In this document: positions 31,674 through 41,539 of the stretch, in pieces | Numbering within the stretch: position 1 is the first letter of the stretch | Layout of the letters: every line of letters starts with the position of its first letter | Origin: an uncultured Rickettsiales bacterium | GTDB taxonomy: Bacteria > Pseudomonadota > Alphaproteobacteria > Rs-D84 | Direction: 5' to 3' | Assembly: GCA_900550495.1 (NCBI GenBank) | Contig: URSJ01000001.1 | Span: 4,570-68,569, forward strand | DNA length: 64,000 bases | Made by a program: the position numbers and the translations under genes | Notes under the pieces: model-generated | Database searches by the model: none | What the model was told of the DNA's origin: nothing | Seen by the model: only the letters and a program-made list of their open reading frames with translations

Positions 31674-33446
31674 ATGTATCACAGCAATGGTAATTACGAG
31701 GCATTTGCCGACGCGCGCAAACCAGCCGGCGCAGATAAAAAATCGGCATACATTGTCGGCGGGGGACTGGCCGGGTTGGCAGCCGCGGTGTTTATGATTC
31801 GCGACGCAAAAATGTCTGGCAAAAAGATTCAAATTTTTGAAGAACTGTCCGTCCCAGGCGGCAGTATGGACGGTATAAAAAATCCAAAATTGGGCTATAT
31901 TATTCGTGGTGGTCGTGAAATGGAGGCGCATTTTGAAACCCTGTGGGATTTGTTCCGTTCGATTCCATCATTGGAAGATGAAAATGTATCGGTGTTGGAT
32001 GAATTTTATTGGCTGAACAAAGACGACCCCAGTTTTTCACACACGCGTATAATTGAAAATCGCGGCCAGCAAATTCCTGACGATGGAAAGTTGACCCTGA
32101 CGCCGCGTGCGATTCGTGAATTAGTTGATCTGGCTATGACGCCCGAAGACAAATTGCAAGATGTTCAAATTGACCAGGTATTCAGTGAAGAATTCTTTGC
32201 GTCAAATTTCTGGATGTATTGGGCAACGATGTTTGCGTTTGAACGCTGGTCCAGTGCGATGGAAATGCGTCGTTACATATTGCGCTTTATCCACCATGTG
32301 GGCAGTTTGGCCGATATGTCCGCACTGAAATTTACAAAATATAACCAGTATGAATCATTGATAACGCCGCTGGTGCGCTGGCTGACCGCGCGTGGTGTTG
32401 TATTCCACTATGACACGCGCGTGACAAATGTTGTGATTGATTCCGGCGCGTCAACCAAGGTTGCTAAATCTATTGAAATGATGCACGGTAATCGCAAGAA
32501 AATAATTAATCTGTCGCCAGATGATTTAGTATTTATCACAAACGGATCTATTACCGAAAATAGCACATATGGCGACAACAATACACCTGCGCCAAAGCCC
32601 ACTGGTGTTGGCCCCAGTTGGGATTTGTGGAAAAATATTGCGGCACAAAATGTTGAATTTGGACGACCGGAAAAATTCTGTGAAAACATACCGGCTGCAA
32701 ACTGGGTTATGTCGGCAACGATTACATTGACCAACGATCGCGTTGTGCCATATATCAAACGCATTTGTAAAAAAGACCCATACAGCGGGTCTATCGTATC
32801 CAGTGGCCCAGTCACAATTCGTGATTCAAACTGGCTGTATGGATTTTCTATCTCGCGCCAGCCGCATTTTCGCGCGCAAAAGAAAAACGAAATCGTGGTG
32901 TGGACGTATGGATTGCTGTCGGATAAACCAGGTAACTATGTGAAAAAGAAAATCGCAGATTGCACAGGCGCGGAACTGTGCGCCGAATGGCTGTATCACA
33001 TTGGTGTCCCAATGGCCGAAATTGACGATATTGCACAAAACGCGTCGCATACCGTCCCGTGCCATATGCCGTTTATCTCGACATACTTTATGCCACGTGC
33101 ATTGGGCGACCGACCACTGGTCGTGCCCAAGGGTGCGGTCAATTTCGCATTTATCGGAAACTATGCCGAAACAGAACGCGACACAGTGTTTACAACCGAA
33201 TATTCGGTCCGCACCGCGATGGAGGCCGTATATACCCTGTTAAATGTTGACCGTGGCGTGCCCGAAGTATTCGGTTCGTGTTTTGACGTGCGCGTCCTGA
33301 TGCGCAGTGTGTATTATCTGAACGATAAAAAGAAACTGGCGGACATAGAAATGCCGTGGTTTATGAAAATGCTCAGCGCTGCTGGCCTGAAACATGTACA
33401 CGACACCTATATCGCTGAATTGATGCACCAAGAAGGATTGATATAG
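31674..33446 (+). CDS. oleate hydratase (MCRA family, FAD-dependent)
   Basis: N-terminal FAD fold YIVGGGLAGLAAAVFMIRD. The 590 aa length is typical of the family. Confidence 0.7.
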   Translation: MYHSNGNYEAFADARKPAGADKKSAYIVGGGLAGLAAAVFMIRDAKMSGKKIQIFEELSVPGGSMDGIKNPKLGYIIRGGREMEAHFETLWDLFRSIPSLEDENVSVLDEFYWLNKDDPSFSHTRIIENRGQQIPDDGKLTLTPRAIRELVDLAMTPEDKLQDVQIDQVFSEEFFASNFWMYWATMFAFERWSSAMEMRRYILRFIHHVGSLADMSALKFTKYNQYESLITPLVRWLTARGVVFHYDTRVTNVVIDSGASTKVAKSIEMMHGNRKKIINLSPDDLVFITNGSITENSTYGDNNTPAPKPTGVGPSWDLWKNIAAQNVEFGRPEKFCENIPAANWVMSATITLTNDRVVPYIKRICKKDPYSGSIVSSGPVTIRDSNWLYGFSISRQPHFRAQKKNEIVVWTYGLLSDKPGNYVKKKIADCTGAELCAEWLYHIGVPMAEIDDIAQNASHTVPCHMPFISTYFMPRALGDRPLVVPKGAVNFAFIGNYAETERDTVFTTEYSVRTAMEAVYTLLNVDRGVPEVFGSCFDVRVLMRSVYYLNDKKKLADIEMPWFMKMLSAAGLKHVHDTYIAELMHQEGLI

Positions 33447-33472
33447 AGCAGACCGAATAGGGCACATAGCAC

Positions 33473-33497
33473 AAAACGCCCCCATGGGGGCGTTTTC
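33473..33497 (+). terminator. rho-independent terminator
   Basis: Hairpin aacgcccccatgggggcgtt immediately after the oleate hydratase stop. Confidence 0.5.
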
Positions 33498-34235
33498 CTG
33501 GCGCATCCTTCGTGGGACTTTGGGCAAAATAAAAAATGACCCGTTCGGGTCATAACAGTTTCGCTCGGGCACAGCCCTGCGCGGCATTCCTGACGCATCG
33601 CGCTAAATCGCTCTGCTACTCATAGTGGCAGCCCCACTCGCCACCTTGATAAACAATAATCAAACGCCATGCAAAAACTCTAATATAACATATCCGTTTT
33701 TGCGGGTTTGCTAATTGTTTATCTGCGTATTCGCCATGCGTGCCGTTGGCACTCTGGCGCATCCTTCGTGGGACTTGGGGCAAAATAAAAAATGACCCGT
33801 TCGGGTCATAACAGTTTCGCTCGGGCACAGCCCTGCGCGGCATTCCTGACGCATCGCGATAAATCGCTCTGCTACTCATAGTGGCAGCCCCACTCGGATT
33901 GTTCGTTGCACTCACCACACGTAAGGCGCGAACGGCGCGCAAAGCGTTGCGCTTGTTCTTGCCAACTATCGTGTCGAACCTGCGGTTCTCATCCGGGTGC
34001 TTCACAAAATAAAAAGACCACCATTTGGTGGTCATTTTATCTTGGCAGCCCCACTCGCCACCTTGATAAACAATAATCAAACACCATGCAAAAACTCTAA
34101 TATAACATATCCGTTTTTGCGGGTTTGCTAATTGTTTATCTGCGTATTCGCCATGCGTGCCGTTGGCACTCTGGCGCATCCTTCGTGGGACTTGGGGCAA
34201 AATAAAAAATGACCCGTTCGGGTCATTTATTATTT
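33498..34235 (-). repeat. tandem repeat array downstream of tRNA-Glu carrying three extra copies of the tRNA 3' end
   Basis: The 15-16 nt tRNA-Glu 3' terminus (tggcagccccactcg, plus strand) recurs at 33626, 33882 and 34043 in addition to the tRNA itself at 34236. The units of 160-256 bp share the modules ctggcgcatccttcgtgggac...aaaataaaaaatgacccgttcgggtcat (a terminator-like hairpin) and ccaccttgataaacaataatcaaac... Confidence 0.6.
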
Positions 34236-34310
34236 TGGCAGCCCCACTCGGATTCGAACCGGGATTCTCGCCTTGAAAGGGCGGTGTCCTAACCATTAGA
34301 CGATGGGGCC
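34236..34310 (-). tRNA. tRNA-Glu (anticodon UUC)
   Basis: The sequence GGCCCCATCGTCTAATGGTTAGGACACCGCCCTTTCAAGGCGAG... is very similar to E. coli tRNA-Glu. The anticodon loop is CTTTCAA and the CCA is encoded. There is one C-A mismatch in the T-stem. Confidence 0.75.
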
Positions 34311-34414
34311 AAAACTTTATTGCCGCCAGATTATAACTGGTGCACAACATTTTGTCAAGCGGAAATAAAAACCAGGACGCAATGATTGCGTCCTGGGGAT
34401 TTTTGTGTTGTTTT

Positions 34415-34879
34415 TTATTTGGTTGCCACCGGTGCGTCAACAACAACTGTTTCGGTTTCTTCTGTGACAACCGTGTCGTCTGGCACAGCGTCGGCATAAA
34501 CCTGTTTGAACGTCATTGTTTTACCGTCGTTTGCGGTCAATGTCAATGTGCCGTCGTTCAGGTTATACTTTTCAACCTGGGTCAAGAACTGGAAATAGTC
34601 GCGTTCGGCGGCCATTGCGTCGGCTGGGCCCATCATCATTGTGGTTGCGCCCTGGTCGAATTTGATACGGTCGCCGGCGGCGCGGTATGAACCGTTATAC
34701 AGATTCACAACCTGGCCATAAAAGCGCATTTCATTTTCGTCAAACGACAGTGTGATATTTGTCGCGTCGCCCGCGGAAACAAAGCTGGTCCCGCGCAGGT
34801 TCGCTGGATTTTGGCCATTGTCGCCACATGCAGCCAGTGCCAGCATTGTCGCGCCCAGTGTGAATGCCTTGAATGTCAT
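34415..34879 (-). CDS. META-domain (HslJ-like) lipoprotein
   Basis: Lipobox LALAACG. The 154 aa length and composition resemble DUF306/META-domain proteins. Confidence 0.45.
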   Translation of the reverse strand: MTFKAFTLGATMLALAACGDNGQNPANLRGTSFVSAGDATNITLSFDENEMRFYGQVVNLYNGSYRAAGDRIKFDQGATTMMMGPADAMAAERDYFQFLTQVEKYNLNDGTLTLTANDGKTMTFKQVYADAVPDDTVVTEETETVVVDAPVATK

Positions 34880-35076
34880 AATGTTTTCTCCCTTGTTTGT
34901 TTTGAAACGATTATTACCATAGCATTATTTTACATAAATGCAATGTTGAACAAGGTGTTTATATTCCCATATATGACCCAACGTAATCCAATCTGCCACA
35001 GTTTAAATAAATTTTTCGTTTTATGAAAAAAATACTTGCGTTTGTGTTGCATACAGTATAATATAAGCCTTGCTTT

Positions 35077-35153
35077 GGGGTTGTAGCTCAGCTGGTTAGA
35101 GCGTCTGCCTGTCACGCAGAAGGTCGAGGGTTCGAGCCCCTTCAATCCCGCCA
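35077..35153 (+). tRNA. tRNA-Asp (anticodon GUC)
   Basis: Sequence GGGGTTGTAGCTCAGCTGGTTAGAGCGTCTGCCTGTCACGCAGAAGGTCGAGGGTTCGAGCCCCTTCAATCCCGCCA. A terminator follows at 35164-35191. Confidence 0.85.
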
Positions 35154-35163
35154 GTTAAATAAA

Positions 35164-35191
35164 AAACACATCGGAAACGATGTGTTTTTTG
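35164..35191 (+). terminator. rho-independent terminator
   Basis: Hairpin aacacatcggaaacgatgtgtt followed by tttt. Confidence 0.55.
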
Positions 35192-35423
35192 TTTAACCCG
35201 GAAGTATTCTGGGCGAGAACCCGGGCAGAGGGTTCGTGTGCAGAGTTGGCAAGAACAAGCACGCATGCATGTGCGCCGTTCGCGCCTTACGCGCCGAAAG
35301 GGTTCCGCCGCGTCCAGCGGTGGGAATTTACAACCCCGTGGTCCCGCCAGAATTTATCGCCGTTTCGGCGGTATTTTTTTTGATTTTTGTGTATAAAAAA
35401 ACGCCCGTGTGGGCGTTTGTTTT

Positions 35424-35624
35424 TTATTCCGCATCGGGCATATCCTTGGGGACGTTCACGATAATCTTGCCACCTTGGCCTGTTTTTATCCATTCCAGTG
35501 CGGCAATTCGTCCGTCAATGTGGCGTTTATCCTGGTCGTTATCCAGGTGCAATTCTTTCATCAAACGGATTGTGTTGTCAATCGATGCGATTATTTCCGG
35601 GGTCAGGACTTTGTTTTTCTGCAT
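35424..35624 (-). CDS. small hypothetical protein
   Basis: A 66 aa ORF bracketed by bidirectional terminators at 35386-35416 and 35703-35733. Confidence 0.35.
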   Translation of the reverse strand: MQKNKVLTPEIIASIDNTIRLMKELHLDNDQDKRHIDGRIAALEWIKTGQGGKIIVNVPKDMPDAE

Positions 35625-35702
35625 GACGGCTCTCCTTTTCTTGGGGTTATCTGGGACACTGCATATGTAATGATGTGACTGATTTTTTGCAAGTGGTGCA
35701 AA

Positions 35703-35733
35703 TAAAAAAACGGGGCAGGGCCCCGTTTTTTAT
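35703..35733 (-). terminator. rho-independent terminator after gap
   Basis: Hairpin aacggggcagggccccgtt flanked by A-runs and T-runs. Confidence 0.55.
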
Positions 35734-36731
35734 TTAATCAATTTCCCCATCGCAACGGCGGTATCGCACATACGATTTGAAAATCCCCATTCATTATCAT
35801 ACCATGCGGTCACATGAACCAGGTTGTCGCCCAGGACCTTGGTCTGGCTGGCGTCAAAGATGGAACTGTGTGCGTCGTGGGTAAAGTCAATGGAAACCAA
35901 TGGTTTGTCATTGTATCCAAATATTTTCGATTCTGCTGCGCGCATTGCGGCGTTGACCGCGTCAACAGTTGTGGTGCGTTCCAGATTTACAACCAATTCA
36001 ACAACTGATACGTCCGGGGTCGGCACGCGAATTGCCATGCCGTCTAATTTGCCCGCCAGTTTTGGCAGAACCAGACCAATTGCCTTGGCTGCACCGGTGC
36101 TGGTCGGAATCATAGACAGGTTTGCCGCACGTGCGCGACGGAAATCCTTGTGATTTTTATCCAATAATTGCTGGTCGCCGGTGTATGCATGCACGGTTGT
36201 CATCCAGCCTGATATAATGCCGAATGTATCGTCCAAAACGCTAGCCACCGGGGCCAGACAGTTTGTTGTACATGACGCATTTGAAACAATCAGGTCGGTT
36301 GGTTTCAATGTGTCTTGGTTTACCCCATATACAATTGTGGCGTCTGACCCCGCCGATGGAGCGGAAACCAAAACGCGTTTTGCGCCCGCGTCCAGGTGGA
36401 CACGCGCCTTGTCTGCGGCGGTAAAGATACCAGTGCATTCCATAACAACATCGATATTCAATTCGCGCCATGGCAATTTTGTTGGGTCTTTTTCCGCCAG
36501 ACATTTGATTTTCTGGTCGCCGACGATAATATATTCGCCGTCCAATTTAACGTCCATTGGCAATTTTCCATGAACAGAATCATATTGCAACAGGTATGCG
36601 TTCTGTTCTGCCGGTGCCAAATCATTTACAGCAACAAATTCAATATCGTCACGCTTTGACTCTAAGGCCGCACGCAATACCAGGCGACCAATGCGGCCGA
36701 ATCCGTTTATAGCAACTCTGATTTTTGACAT
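35730..36731 (-). CDS. gap: glyceraldehyde-3-phosphate dehydrogenase
   Basis: N-terminal MSKIRVAINGFGRIGR and active-site SNASCTTNCLAP. The start is set at ATG 36731 (333 aa). Confidence 0.9.
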   Translation of the reverse strand: MSKIRVAINGFGRIGRLVLRAALESKRDDIEFVAVNDLAPAEQNAYLLQYDSVHGKLPMDVKLDGEYIIVGDQKIKCLAEKDPTKLPWRELNIDVVMECTGIFTAADKARVHLDAGAKRVLVSAPSAGSDATIVYGVNQDTLKPTDLIVSNASCTTNCLAPVASVLDDTFGIISGWMTTVHAYTGDQQLLDKNHKDFRRARAANLSMIPTSTGAAKAIGLVLPKLAGKLDGMAIRVPTPDVSVVELVVNLERTTTVDAVNAAMRAAESKIFGYNDKPLVSIDFTHDAHSSIFDASQTKVLGDNLVHVTAWYDNEWGFSNRMCDTAVAMGKLIK

Positions 36732-36798
36732 GTTTCTTCCTTTCTTGTTTTCTGTTACTTTAACGCGCGTATCATAGCGCGTTGTTGACAAAATTACA

Positions 36799-37701
36799 AT
36801 GGAATTTTATACTTATAGCCAAATGAAACATGCAGCATATATTATCACTGGTCCAACTGCGTCAGGTAAATCTGATTTTGCCCATCGTTTGGCGCACGTG
36901 GTTGATGGCACAATTATAAATTGCGACAGTGTCCAAATTTACCGCGGAATTGAAAACATTTCGGCCAGTCCATTTGCAGGTCGCGAAATTACCGATGAGA
37001 TTGATGGTATTCCGTATAAATTGTTTTCTATATTATCATTGGATAAGCAAATTAGTGTGGCAGATTACCTGAATCTGGCGCGATGTGAATATAACGCAGC
37101 ACTGGCTGCTGGGCGCACACCAATATTTGTCGGGGGAACCGGATATTACATAAATGCGATTATAAACGGTATCTCGCCAATGCCAGATATTGATGATGTA
37201 GTGCGTCGTCGCGCACGTGAATTGGTGGTAAATGATATCGACGCGGCGCGTCGCATGTTGCCCGCTGAATTTACCGCAACTGACCCGCAGCGTGTTGCTC
37301 GCGCAGTCGAAGTGTTTCTGCAAACCGGTCGCCATATCACCGAATTTCAAAGTGCACCACGCACGGGTGCGATTGCACATGATGCGTTTAAAATCCTGAT
37401 AAATCCGCCATTAAATGTATTGCGCGGTCGCATTTCGGCGCGCATTCCAAAAATGTTGTCGGGTGGCGCAATTGATGAAGGTCGCGCGGTAATTGATGCA
37501 AAATGGGACGTGCGACGTGCGATTGGTGCGGCCCAGATTGTTGCATACCTGCGCGGGGAAATTGATATGGACACATGTGTCCAAAATTGGATTACAAAAA
37601 CAAATCAATATGCAAAACGGCAGCGAACATGGTTTCGCACCCAGTTCGCTGCCGACTTAATTTTAGACAGTTCTGATGTCCCGGTTACTGATTACCGTTG
37701 A
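36799..37701 (+). CDS. miaA: tRNA dimethylallyltransferase
   Basis: P-loop ITGPTASGKS. Length 300 aa. Confidence 0.8.
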   Translation: MEFYTYSQMKHAAYIITGPTASGKSDFAHRLAHVVDGTIINCDSVQIYRGIENISASPFAGREITDEIDGIPYKLFSILSLDKQISVADYLNLARCEYNAALAAGRTPIFVGGTGYYINAIINGISPMPDIDDVVRRRARELVVNDIDAARRMLPAEFTATDPQRVARAVEVFLQTGRHITEFQSAPRTGAIAHDAFKILINPPLNVLRGRISARIPKMLSGGAIDEGRAVIDAKWDVRRAIGAAQIVAYLRGEIDMDTCVQNWITKTNQYAKRQRTWFRTQFAADLILDSSDVPVTDYR

Positions 37702-38156
37702 TGGCCAGTTTTGCCATTAAATGCCACACGAACAACGGGACGTCGCGCATTACGTGCAGATTCCTGGGTGGCCTTTAATTTAATGATATACGGAAATTCG
37801 GTGAACAACTGGCGTTTCAGAATTTCCTTGGCAACCTTGCGCTTTGGTACGTCGGGCGCACGCATTGTATATGCTGATAGATAATCTGCCATCCGTGTGG
37901 TCAATGCATCCAGGAACCCCAAGTTTTTAGAGTCAGAAGAATCTTCGTCTAGCATACGAACAAACACGCGTGCCTTTAACACCAACAAATCGGCAATTTC
38001 CTGGGTATACGGTAAATTTGCACGCCATGTGTTACGGACAGTGTCCAGGGTTGAATATGATGGGCAATAGCGTTCAATAACCTCGGTCGAGATTTTACGT
38101 GTGAATTCGCTAAATTTTGCCTGGCTGGCGGTTTGTTTTTTGTTAAAGTGTTCCAT
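37692..38156 (-). CDS. hypothetical protein
   Basis: Start at MEHFNKK with an aaggggac RBS. Its 3' end is convergent with miaA and overlaps it by 10 nt. Confidence 0.35.
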   Translation of the reverse strand: MEHFNKKQTASQAKFSEFTRKISTEVIERYCPSYSTLDTVRNTWRANLPYTQEIADLLVLKARVFVRMLDEDSSDSKNLGFLDALTTRMADYLSAYTMRAPDVPKRKVAKEILKRQLFTEFPYIIKLKATQESARNARRPVVRVAFNGKTGHQR

Positions 38157-38224
38157 GCGACACGTCCCCTTGGTTTTATTTATTACAGGGGTAATATAGG
38201 ACAAAAATATTTGTTGTCAATATT

Positions 38225-38962
38225 TTATTTGTCGTCAGTGGAATTTTTTTCTGGTTGCATTGATTGATATTCAGACTGTATCGCAATCAGAATATCAGAC
38301 GCACGCATCTTTTTTGAAAACGCGGTGCAATTATTGAATTCTGTGTCCAGTCGGCCCCAGCCTGCATATTCCCAATCAATCAGTCCAACAATATCCATAG
38401 TTTTTGGATTTATGATAATGTTGTTACATATGTCGTTATGGTTCCAACCATCGCCATCGCCACGTTGCATGTCACGGATTTCGGTCGGTCGGGCATTGTG
38501 CACGGCGTTTATAAATCCGGCCAGTTGCGCGCCCCAACGCCATGCATTTCGACGGATTGTTCGGGTAGAGCACATATTAAGATTTTTCCCCGGGATAAAA
38601 TTGTATTTATAGAACGTGTATTTGCCCGCGTTGATAATTTCAATCTTTGGTATGCGCAGGGGGGAAATTGTTTCAAATGCGTCGGTAATTCGCTTTTCCC
38701 GCATTATACGGTCCGCCGGAACGTTTGCATTAAAAAACTTGCGTGTTTTAAAAACGTATTTGTGGTCAACGATAAAACCGATGTTCCAGCCGCCCTTTAT
38801 CATCTTTACATGTCGGAATTTTAATTCTGGGCACGCTGCACGCAGGGCGTTGTATTTCGCACGCCAATCAAACAGTTTCTTTTTACGAATGCGACGGCGG
38901 ATGTGCTTATCTGGTATCAGGTTGCATAAAATATCACAAATCTCGTAAAACTGTTTCCACAT
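38225..38962 (-). CDS. aminoglycoside/choline-kinase-family phosphotransferase
   Basis: Catalytic loop HNDICNNIII (HxDxxxxN) and IDWEYAGWG. Confidence 0.5.
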   Translation of the reverse strand: MWKQFYEICDILCNLIPDKHIRRRIRKKKLFDWRAKYNALRAACPELKFRHVKMIKGGWNIGFIVDHKYVFKTRKFFNANVPADRIMREKRITDAFETISPLRIPKIEIINAGKYTFYKYNFIPGKNLNMCSTRTIRRNAWRWGAQLAGFINAVHNARPTEIRDMQRGDGDGWNHNDICNNIIINPKTMDIVGLIDWEYAGWGRLDTEFNNCTAFSKKMRASDILIAIQSEYQSMQPEKNSTDDK

Positions 38963-39034
38963 GTATTCCCCGCATTGTTAAAAATTATAATAAATGGTAT
39001 TGAAAAAAACAAAAAAAACAAGTATTTTGTCATT

Positions 39035-41233
39035 ATGTTTAACGCAGGCGATGTCGTCAAAGTTTTAATACCAAATGTTGTAAATGCCGGATACGATTAC
39101 CGGCTGACCGCGCCGGCGGATTTGGGGCAATTTGTCGCGTGTCGTGTTATGAATCGACCATATATTGGTGTCGTGTGGGGAATCGGGGATTCGGGATTGC
39201 CCGCGGAAAAAATCAAAAATGTGTCTGATGTGTATGACGCACGTTTATCGGTCGCAGATTTGCAATGGATTGCCAAGATGTCTGGGTGGACGTTGATGAC
39301 GCCTGGCGCAGTGTTGCGCTTGATTGTAAATGTGCCGGACGCATTTTTGCCGCCAAAGATGGAACAATTATATGGCTTGAATATCACGGATAACGTGCGT
39401 ATGACCGCACCACGTTTGGCGGTGGCGGATGCGTTTGCATCAAACGATGGCGACCCGATGTCGGCGGCGGATATTCAAAATATCGCACATGTCAGCGCGT
39501 CCGTCGTCCGAACAATGATTGGTCAGGGCTTGCTGACCCCCAGAGAGCAAAGAGCATCCGTCTCCGCTGCGCTCCGTCGCGATACAATGTATCATGATTG
39601 TGGCAATATAAAACTAAATGCCGAGCAACAGTTAGCGGCGGATACGATAGGTGCGACGATTGACGCGGGTGGTTTCTCTGTGTTCTTGTTAGATGGTATC
39701 ACAGGCAGTGGTAAAACCCAGGTTTATTTTGATGCCGCATGGCGTGCGTATTCGCGCGGGGCGTCGGTGTTGCTGATGATGCCAGAAATCGCACTGACGG
39801 CGCAATTTATGCACCGATTTGCCGAACGATTTGGTGCCGCCCCCGTTGTATGGCACAGCAATTTAACCGCCGCGCGTCGGCGTGAAATCTGGCGCGGGGT
39901 GTTGCGTGGCGAAATTCGTATGGTGGTCGGCACGCGCAGCGCATTATTCTTGCCGTGGCAAAACCTGGGGCTGATTGTTGTAGACGAAGAACATGACACA
40001 TCATACAAACAGGAAGACATGGGTAACTATCACGCGCGTGATATGGCGGTCCTGCGCGCAAAAATCGCGGGGTTTCCGGTTGTGTTGGCCAGTGCGACGC
40101 CTGCCGCCGAAACGTTACAAAATGTTATGTCGGGTAAATATAAATCGCTGCGCCTGGTGTCGCGATTTGGTGGTGCGCAGATGCCAACGATTGAAACGAT
40201 TGATTTGCGTGAAAATCGTCCTGGTCAATATCAGGTTTCAGATGTGTTGCATAATGGATTTCTGTCGATTCCATTGTGCAATGCGATTTCAGATACAATC
40301 GCATCGCATCGCCAAGTAATGCTGTTTATAAATCGGCGTGGTTTTGCCCCGATTGTTCAGTGTAAAAAATGTGGTTGGGTTGCCGGTTGCCCTGATTGCA
40401 GTGTGGGTATGACATATCACCGCGCTGTGGGTAAATTGCTGTGCCACATGTGTGGACGCACAGCACCAATGCCGACCAAATGTCCGGACTGTGGTGGTGA
40501 CGTATCCATGCGTGGCGCGGGATTGGAAAAGATAGCAGAAGAAGTTTCTGCTCGTTTTCCATCGGCGCGGGTTGCATTGGTGTCCAGTGATACGATTTCA
40601 TCGCGCCAGGCATTGGAACGCCTGGTCACGAAAATGGAAAAGGGTGAAATAGATATCGTTATCGGAACCCAAATTCTGGCCAAGGGACATCATTTCCCGA
40701 ATCTGACACTGGTTGGTGTGGTAGATGCCGATATGGGACTGTTTGGAACTGATTTTCGCGCAGCTGAACATACGTTCCAACAATTGTTTCAGGTTGCAGG
40801 TCGCGCCGGTCGTGGTGAATTTCCGGGGCGTGTATTACTGCAAACGTATCAACCTGACCACCCAGTTTTGCGGGCGATATGTGCGTGCGACCGCGATGCG
40901 TTTATGGTGTCTGATATGGCATCACGTCGGTCGGCCAAAATGCCGCCGTTTGGGCAATTGATAGCAGTGATTGTTGAATGTCAACGCGAAGATGCGTTAA
41001 AAAAATACTGTGCCGCATTGGCTGCCGCCGTGCCGAATGCGCCAGGTGTAAAAATCATGGGGCCAATTGCGGCGGGGGTTTATCAAATCAGGAATTGGTA
41101 TCGTATGCGTTTCCTGGTTATTGGTGGGCCGACAACATTATTGCAACCGGTGGTCGCACACTGGTTGCGCACAGTGCGTGCGCCAGCAAACATGCGGGTC
41201 AAGGTTGATGTGAATCCACAAAACTTTATGTAA
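39035..41233 (+). CDS. priA: primosomal protein N' (replication restart helicase)
   Basis: Walker A GITGSGKTQVY, DEEH box and a C-terminal Cys4 zinc region CKKCGW...CPDC...CHMCG...CPDCGG. Start at ATG 39035. Confidence 0.85.
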   Translation: MFNAGDVVKVLIPNVVNAGYDYRLTAPADLGQFVACRVMNRPYIGVVWGIGDSGLPAEKIKNVSDVYDARLSVADLQWIAKMSGWTLMTPGAVLRLIVNVPDAFLPPKMEQLYGLNITDNVRMTAPRLAVADAFASNDGDPMSAADIQNIAHVSASVVRTMIGQGLLTPREQRASVSAALRRDTMYHDCGNIKLNAEQQLAADTIGATIDAGGFSVFLLDGITGSGKTQVYFDAAWRAYSRGASVLLMMPEIALTAQFMHRFAERFGAAPVVWHSNLTAARRREIWRGVLRGEIRMVVGTRSALFLPWQNLGLIVVDEEHDTSYKQEDMGNYHARDMAVLRAKIAGFPVVLASATPAAETLQNVMSGKYKSLRLVSRFGGAQMPTIETIDLRENRPGQYQVSDVLHNGFLSIPLCNAISDTIASHRQVMLFINRRGFAPIVQCKKCGWVAGCPDCSVGMTYHRAVGKLLCHMCGRTAPMPTKCPDCGGDVSMRGAGLEKIAEEVSARFPSARVALVSSDTISSRQALERLVTKMEKGEIDIVIGTQILAKGHHFPNLTLVGVVDADMGLFGTDFRAAEHTFQQLFQVAGRAGRGEFPGRVLLQTYQPDHPVLRAICACDRDAFMVSDMASRRSAKMPPFGQLIAVIVECQREDALKKYCAALAAAVPNAPGVKIMGPIAAGVYQIRNWYRMRFLVIGGPTTLLQPVVAHWLRTVRAPANMRVKVDVNPQNFM

Positions 41234-41235
41234 AT

Positions 41236-41262
41236 AAAAACGCGCAGATGGCGCGTTTTTTA
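41236..41262 (+). terminator. bidirectional rho-independent terminator
   Basis: Hairpin aacgcgcagatggcgcgtt with flanking A-runs and T-runs. Confidence 0.55.
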
Positions 41263-41502
41263 ACGTTGCTTGGCGTTTTGTTTTTTTATTTGGTTGGCTT
41301 TATCCTTGGCGTTAAACAGTCGTTTTACGCGGTCTATTCCGTCCAAGAAATGGTCAAACCAGGTTACTTTTTCTATTGCCTCGCGTTCCTTGCGGGCGGC
41401 GTGACGCAGTTTCGCCTTGCGGTTTTCGTCCAGTTGTTTTTTTATTTCTTCTTCGGATTTTGTCATATCTGGGTATGTTACAATTTCGTCAGGCAGTATC
41501 AT
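41260..41502 (-). CDS. small basic hypothetical protein
   Basis: An 80 aa Lys/Glu-rich ORF. Confidence 0.3.
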   Translation of the reverse strand: MILPDEIVTYPDMTKSEEEIKKQLDENRKAKLRHAARKEREAIEKVTWFDHFLDGIDRVKRLFNAKDKANQIKKQNAKQR

Positions 41503-41539
41503 TATTAGTCTCCTTTATGTTTTTTATTGTTTATGCATA

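Noticed and set aside
33460-34240. The possibility that the tandem repeats are a CRISPR array.
   Set aside because: The units are 160-256 bp with no short regular repeat-spacer periodicity, and no cas genes are nearby.
33616-34497. A 293 aa minus-strand ORF spanning the tRNA-Glu repeat array and the tRNA itself.
   Set aside because: Its translation contains the same roughly 57 aa block twice and overlaps a tRNA. It is an artefact of the tandem repeat.
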